Source of the DNA: Craspedostauros australis
Lineage: Eukaryota
DNA: 37,913 nt
Reading direction: 5' to 3'
NCBI GenBank assembly: GCA_030167865.1
Contig: JALAGF010003317.1
Location: forward strand, 1 to 37,913
Shown: in pieces, positions 31,661-37,913 of the stretch
How the letters are laid out: every line of letters begins with the position of its first letter
How positions within the stretch are numbered: the first letter of the stretch is position 1
Program-made: the position numbers and the translations under genes
Notes under the pieces: generated by a model
What the model was told of the DNA's origin: nothing
What the model saw: the letters and a program-made list of their open reading frames with translations, nothing else
The model's database searches: none

Positions 31661-34600
31661 CCAAGCAGCGAAGAGAGAAAGAGATGCGGGTATAGGTATG
31701 ACTTTGCACAAACATGGACAAGAGCAACAGTATTGTCGAGATGTACATGCGTGTATATGTCAAGATGTACGTGTATATGTGCATCGTTCACCCGTTATTC
31801 TCTCATACATGTTTGGACGGAACAACTACATTCGTGTCAATGGTATGCTGTGATTCGTCAGAATCACAACAGAAACAGAACACACGAAAATGAGCAGAAT
31901 TTCTGGAGGAGATTTGCAATCAGTGATTTCTGAGAGAATCAGGAACATCGTCCGTCCATCCATCAATGGAAACGCATGGTATCGAGCGAAACTTGAGGTA
32001 CCTCTCAACTAAACTCCAGATGACCATACCATCTGAGAGACCATCGCATCACCAATGAAACATGACATCTGGAGAGCAGAAGGACGCCTACTGACATTGA
32101 CAAGATGTCATTGTGTCACCACGTCGACATCTGTCTCCATGTCAGAAGCAGAAGGTGAAAATTCGATGACCGAAGATCATCGAGATCTTGGATACATGAG
32201 GAGAAGTTCAAATGGTAAGTACTCATGGAGTAGGAACCAGTAGTGAACAAACGGAGTGTTGAATGCGGAGTACGCATCGAACACGGAGTGTCGTGTAGCA
32301 TGAGCACACGATACTGAGAGAGAGAGAGAGAATACGAATAGCAGCGAGAGAACATCTCACGTACCGACTCATAGTTGGAGACCCTATTTACAAAACAGAT
32401 AAACGCGCCGAGAGCGTCGGGCAAGAGAACGGACACCGAGAGGATTGGAGTACCAACGTAGTGAAATAGCAAACAGATCGACTATCAACAACACCGTCTT
32501 CCACGATCGTAGGCTTCCAATCACGGAACTTGCCAGCAACCGCTGGTCAGGCGTACGTCATTGCCAATGTCATCACCAATTGCACTGTCTCCATCCCAGA
32601 TGTACGCTCTTCGAAAACACAAAGCATGTGCTGCGCATGCTGTATTTTGCGCATGTCAATATCCACTTTTGTCAGCGCCAGCGTATGACCTCAGGTCGTA
32701 CATGTAGCTGCAATTGTCGATTCTCAGTTGTTGAGAGGACTGTGAGGCGCCTGAATCAAGCAACCAACGAGTTGAGTCATCCGACGCATAAAGACTACGT
32801 CACACTCACACCCATATCCATACCCACGCACACCAACACACCCAATCAATTGAAACGGCACACCCTGTGAACAAGAACAAACGGCAGTCCATCTTGTAGA
32901 CTGCTCTCGCTTCATCCTAGTTTGTATCCACGAGCTAATCTATTCCTGACTTGGATGGAGGCGATGTGTCTTCTGCATGGAAACGACCAACAACGAAGTG
33001 TCTGCAGATCGGTATCAGCTGCATGGAATTCCAAGAGGAAAAAGGACCAACGTCGTCCTCACACGAGGATTCGTTGGCTTGCCCATGCCCACATTGGAGT
33101 TCAACCCGTGGAATAGTCATGTGCTATCCTAAGACGGCTTCATTTTAGTATGGATGGATCATGTCAAATCTTGGCGTGGGCCTTGCCATGGAACAATGTG
33201 AATAGCATCCACTCGAACATACAATAAACTAGTGAATAGAGCAGCACATGTAAATCAACAACAGTATTATCTTCTATGTGCAAGGCATCGCTCAAGGTCA
33301 AGAGCAAGAGGAACGTGTGCTGTAGCATGCTTTCTCAATGGACGTTGGAAAGAGCGGTGGAATACACTCCAGTTTCATGGCGCCACTCATGCACGCGTCT
33401 CCCAAGGGCAATGCAGACAATGATCTCCTCTTTTGCATTGGCTGATACTCTCTACTGGCTTGGTAGGAATGGCCAGATGCTATGCTTTCTGCTGGTCACT
33501 CTGCCCTCTTCTGGGTACTCTGTTGATTTGTTAAGTGTTTCCAGATGCCCTGCGGTTTCAATAGTTGTGGTAGGCTGCTCTTCTGGATACTCCCAGCTGT
33601 GTCATTGCCTGATCATCTCTGCCACAAGTCTGCTGTGCTGACACTCTATCCATTCTGTTAGTTTGTTGAGTGTTGATCGTAGCCGGGTACTCTGCTGATT
33701 CATTGGTTATGGCCAACCACACTCAGTTGGATCTTGTCTGGAGAGTACCACACAGACTCTGCAACTGTGACCAGGGACTCTGCTCTTTGTGGAATGGTGT
33801 AGATTGATCTGTTGATTGTTTCGCGATAATCTGCCACATGAGCTCTGTTCTCTGTTGGGTACTCTGCTGGTGGAGATTTGCAGTTCATGGGTTGCTGCCA
33901 ATTGCTTTGATGTAAGTTTCCTGCTTGACCCATTACCTGTTGCTAGTTGCTTCCTGTTAGACCTGTTCTGTGGATTTGTAGGTTGCAGCTGGATGCTCCG
34001 CTCTCTTCTGGATTCGCTCTGCTTGATGCTGTTGGTTGGGCAGTCTACACATTCTTCTGTTGGAATGAATACAGAGTTCATGCTTTTCTCTGTTCTACAT
34101 GCTTCCTATTGATTCGTCAATGCTTGCTGAATGCCGCCTGGTGATAATCACTGCTGATGCATTGGTGGCTAGTTGCAGCCAGATACTCTGCTTGATGTTG
34201 AGCTGTGAATGAATTTGTTTGGTTCTGGTCAGAAGCTCTCTCACTGCTGCTGGAAACCTACTACTAAGTGCTGATTGTTGACAGAGGTTCCCCACTCTTT
34301 GTTGAAATGTAATTGAGGGGTCGTAGGGTACTGCACCAAGAACGGAGAGTGATCAAGTCTTTGTTGTTGGTGACATAGTTGTTGATTATTGAGTTATTCG
34401 TATGAGTAGATGAAGACTGTCGAGCTCCAAAGATTGAGATCTTGGAACTGTGAGCACGAAGTAGAGCTCGCAGGTCTCATGCAATTGCAGGTGGAATATA
34501 ACATGGAGATAACACAACGGGTATGCGTGTTACTGTGTGGAATCGAATTTGCAAAAGCCAGACATCAGACGCCGCGATACGCCATGTTGAAAAATGCAAC

Positions 34601-36710
34601 TCCTCACAATGTTGCTAGTAGAACGATCACACGATTGATTGTATTCACTCGAGAAGGTCAGGGTCCGTCTCACATTTATCGGACCCAAGACCGGAGTCTG
34701 TCCTGATTGGTTGGAGGCACCTTCTTGGAATTCAGGACGGGCAAGAAATTATTTCCATGACATCCGAAATCTGTGAATGAAGGGAAAACGATTCATGCGA
34801 TGCGACCTGCGACACATGAATGACATGGCATCACGTCGTACCAAGAGTCCTGTGGAAAACCAAGAAAAAGGAAAGGAGAATTTTCTCATTGGTCGACGGG
34901 TGTCACTTATTTTTAGAAATATAGCATTGCGCAAATACTCTTGCTGAATGCTTTCTTCGGATTGGTTGATTGTCTCAGAATGCAGTCTGTAGTCTGTGTG
35001 ATGCTCATGATTGATCTTGTGTTGGTGTTGGGTGCATGCTTTGCTGGATACCCTCAGTTGGATGCAGTGTTCTCTGCTCTCTGCTGCTTGCAACATGTGC
35101 TGCAGACTTCTGTGTTGTGTGCCATGCTTTCTGCCCATTGATTGCCTCCTGCCAGATGCTGTGCTATTGGCTATCAGCCAAATTTACGACTCTCAAAGAG
35201 CATTGAGACACTCATTCTACAGCCTCAATGCTCAGCCATCTGCAAGGTTCCAAATGCACGAACTGGCTGATCATCGCCATTGTCGTTGTGCTGCCAATGT
35301 TGTTGAGGATTTTGTTGTCCTGATGCATGGCGTTTGCAGCTCATTGTGCGTTGCTGACTGCTCCTCTTTGTCTGTGCTTGGTGCCGTCATGTGGGATGAA
35401 AACTTGGCCCAGTGGTGGGAGTGTGATGAGATGCAGCTCTAGATGCACCACTACCCTTCAACCATACTTTTATTCCTCATGCGTTGGCATAGATTGTTGA
35501 CGATGGTTGCTGCGCCTGCTGATGAGTCTGTGGCAGGCGTTGGTGGAGTACCTTGGTGGATGTCTCTGCCGGTGTATTCATGTGATGGTGGAGTCCCACT
35601 GTCATCGACAATGCTGTTGATACCAAACTACGCAGCGTCCTTCTACTCAGCGCGCATTGAGCTTACCGTCGATGGGCACAATGGCGTCGTTGGTGGTGAT
35701 AATGGTGACCTGTGGACCTGTTTGACTTCCTGTGGTGGATGTAATTGTGGTTGTTGTTCTTATTTCTGTTACTGACGGTGTTATTGGGGCGAATCCGTTG
35801 GTGCACTCAACACCTCTGGCCAAACGATTCGTCGAATTTGTGGAGTTTTGCGGCTTTGCGAAAACCAGGTGCTGCCTGTCCGTCTACCAGCATGTACACG
35901 TCATGATGATGAGACGAAATGATTGGACAAGGGGTTTTGATGATGACGTTCGACAAATGTCAATGACAAAAACGAGAGCCATCTCGAAATTTCAAATTTG
36001 AAATTGAAACGTTCACATCGCTCAGGAGTAGAAATTACGTACAATTTTGCCATACATGAAGAAGGACGTTTTGGGAGTTGCGCGAGCCGATATTCGAAAT
36101 GATCACTCTCGCTTTGGATTGATGACGACCGGATGGGCTCCGCGATTGCTTCTTCCCCAGCAGACTGCATCTCATTGTATGCTTCAAAAATGATCCACTT
36201 CAGAGACTGGAGACAGTTTCTTCAACAAGGGTTGGATTGAACCACTGGGATCGTACAATGTGAACGAGGGCATTCGCCGCAGGACAACACGGCGATCCAC
36301 GAGGGTGATGATGTCAACGCCACTCTCCATCATCAGCTCGCTCCTTGAGTACGGCTTGGACTGGGCCACCACTCGTGCATGAGTGCTATTTCCTCCCCCA
36401 TGCACGATATCGAGCCAACCGAAACAAAGATGAGCGTTGGAAGAGTAGGTGAAGCGCTTGGAGCGGTTGTGCACGGTGGCAGCTTTGTTTCGCGACATTG
36501 AGTGTGTCGTGAAATTGTGTCGTCTGCCCGTGAGTACGTTTCATTCACGAATGTTTGGCCCAAAATCGAGTTCGAGAGGGTCTCGGATCCGTGAACCAAC
36601 CAGAAATGTACCGAATCAGTCTCATTGACGAAAACTCACAAGACGAGGAACAACGCAAAAAACGCACTCACAAAGGCCCTATTAGAGATAGCTTGGCCAT
36701 TTTCATGACC

Positions 36711-36863
36711 TCAAAACTTTATATCCAAGGCCCGGACTCACTGTATAGCACCTTACCCTTATTACCAATGTGTTGAAGTATATATGGTTAAATTATAGTG
36801 TCCATAGGAGCCCATTTTTTCAGGATCCTGTAGTGGCCGTACGGTCATTGGCTGTCGTGGGTC
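36711..36863 (-). repeat. Right terminal inverted repeat (153 bp)
   Basis: Reverse complement of 29115-29267. Confidence 0.93.
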
Positions 36864-37465
36864 ATATGAGCCCATTCAGTCACAAACCAACGAGTCGCGG
36901 GGGGAGACATTTTTTGGCCAGTTGGTCCGTCCTTCCGAGGCTCTCGCAGTGCGCCGTGTTGTAGCAATGCTCCGTCGGTCCGACTTTTTGACGAGAACCG
37001 TCAATCTTCCGTCAATGCCGGTTCAACAAAAACGGGTTGCAGCAAGACTTCGTGTTGAGAGAGTTGCATGGGTCCGCCCAACATTTCCACCCAATTTGGG
37101 CCATGTTTTTGTTGTTCTCGTTCGGCACGCCACGGAGTTGTGTTGTGCAAGCAGGCATGCTCGTTTTGGCGAGAACCATCACCATCGCCCGTAGATTTAG
37201 TACTGGATGTTTTTTATCACACATCCGAGCCGTCGCTGCCTGAACCTTCGCGATTGCTGGTGGTCGTGTTGACAGACAGACATATGTGTTGCGCTTTTTA
37301 CTGTTGTCGGTGCGAAAGAGTCGTTTTTGCTTCGGGTGTTTTTTCAGTCGGATGATCATGGTGGCCGACACAGGAGTTTTGCACAACAAGCAAAGTCGCC
37401 AACGCAGAAAACCAGCCAAACAAAGTGCCCAAGCGCACACCAATTCGATTTGTAAGTGGTATAGT

Positions 37466-37913
37466 TTACAGTGAAAGCTGGCACGCCCCTTCATCTTGAG
37501 GATGACTCCCGTCGAACAGAGCAGTGACGAAAGTGGCGAGTGCTTGTCTCGCCACTGCTTTTGTGAGCATATCCGCAAAGTTTTGTGCTGGTGGATCATA
37601 TACTGGCACTTGCATACCGGCTCACACAGATTCGCGGACTTTGCGAAATGATATCGCTGCATGCTTCTTTTGTAGCAGGCTCTCTGTGATCGTCGTGTTC
37701 AAGATCGCAGCATTGTTGTCACATGATGCGATTACTGGTGACTTGAGTTGCACCCTCAGCAATTGGAGTGCACATTGTAGCACAATGATCTCTTCCGCCA
37801 CGGATCCCATGACATTGAATTTGGCGCCATATGTTGAAGTTGCGGCTGATGATTGCCTCTTGCTTGAGAAGTATACTGGTGTTCTTCCAAGGCATAGAAT
37901 GATGCCAGCATTG
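37466..37913 (-). pseudogene. Degenerate Ty1/copia RNase H (3' end of a second copia element, continuing beyond the window)
   Basis: Minus-strand translation GIILCLGRTPVYFSSKRQSSAATSTYGAKF...CDNNAAILNTTITESLLQKKHAAISFRKVRESV*AG...NFADMLTK has an in-frame stop at 37622-37624. A PPT-like GATGAAGGGGCG is followed by TG at 37483 (probable LTR start). Confidence 0.88.

Larger units (their letters stand above)
29115..36863. mobile_element. 7.75-kb TIR-bounded DNA transposon-like element (non-autonomous or decayed) with an ATAT target-site duplication
   Basis: 153-bp inverted repeats at both ends (GACCCACG...CGTGGGTC), with ATAT at 29111-29114 and 36864-36867. The interior has no long ORF. Confidence 0.85.

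Noticed and set aside
34318-34338. GGGTCGTAGGGTACTGCACCA as a tRNA 3' end or primer-binding site
   Set aside because: No T-loop or cloverleaf, and no adjacent LTR-terminal CA in the expected position.
37012-37662. 216-aa minus-strand ORF
   Set aside because: Overlaps the copia RNase H in another frame and the probable LTR, with no recognisable protein features.

Overview
Eukaryotic nuclear DNA, almost certainly from a diatom, based on CoDi-type Ty1/copia elements, an ASAF plastid-targeting motif, GT-AG introns and diatom-type proteins. The window opens with the intact 3' part of a Ty1/copia pol (chromo-like region, RT, RNase H) and a probable 3' LTR. About 2.5 kb of unresolved sequence follows. 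A gene-dense block then encodes a GT92-like glycosyltransferase (2 exons), a stand-alone COG3899-type STAND ATPase, a head-to-head pair of Cys/Asp/Asn-rich type-I membrane proteins resembling silicanins, a galactose-binding-fold protein, an OB-fold plus methyltransferase protein, a small membrane protein, a secreted prolyl-4-hydroxylase-like protein apparently lacking its iron ligands (2 exons), a thylakoid-lumen TL29/APX-like protein and an organelle-targeted RimO resembling chlamydial RimO. Just upstream of rimO is a 7.75 kb element bounded by 153-bp terminal inverted repeats and an ATAT duplication, containing decayed sequence and no recognisable transposase. The window ends in a degenerate second copia RNase H on the minus strand. 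All homology calls come from motif recognition by eye; no searches were run.
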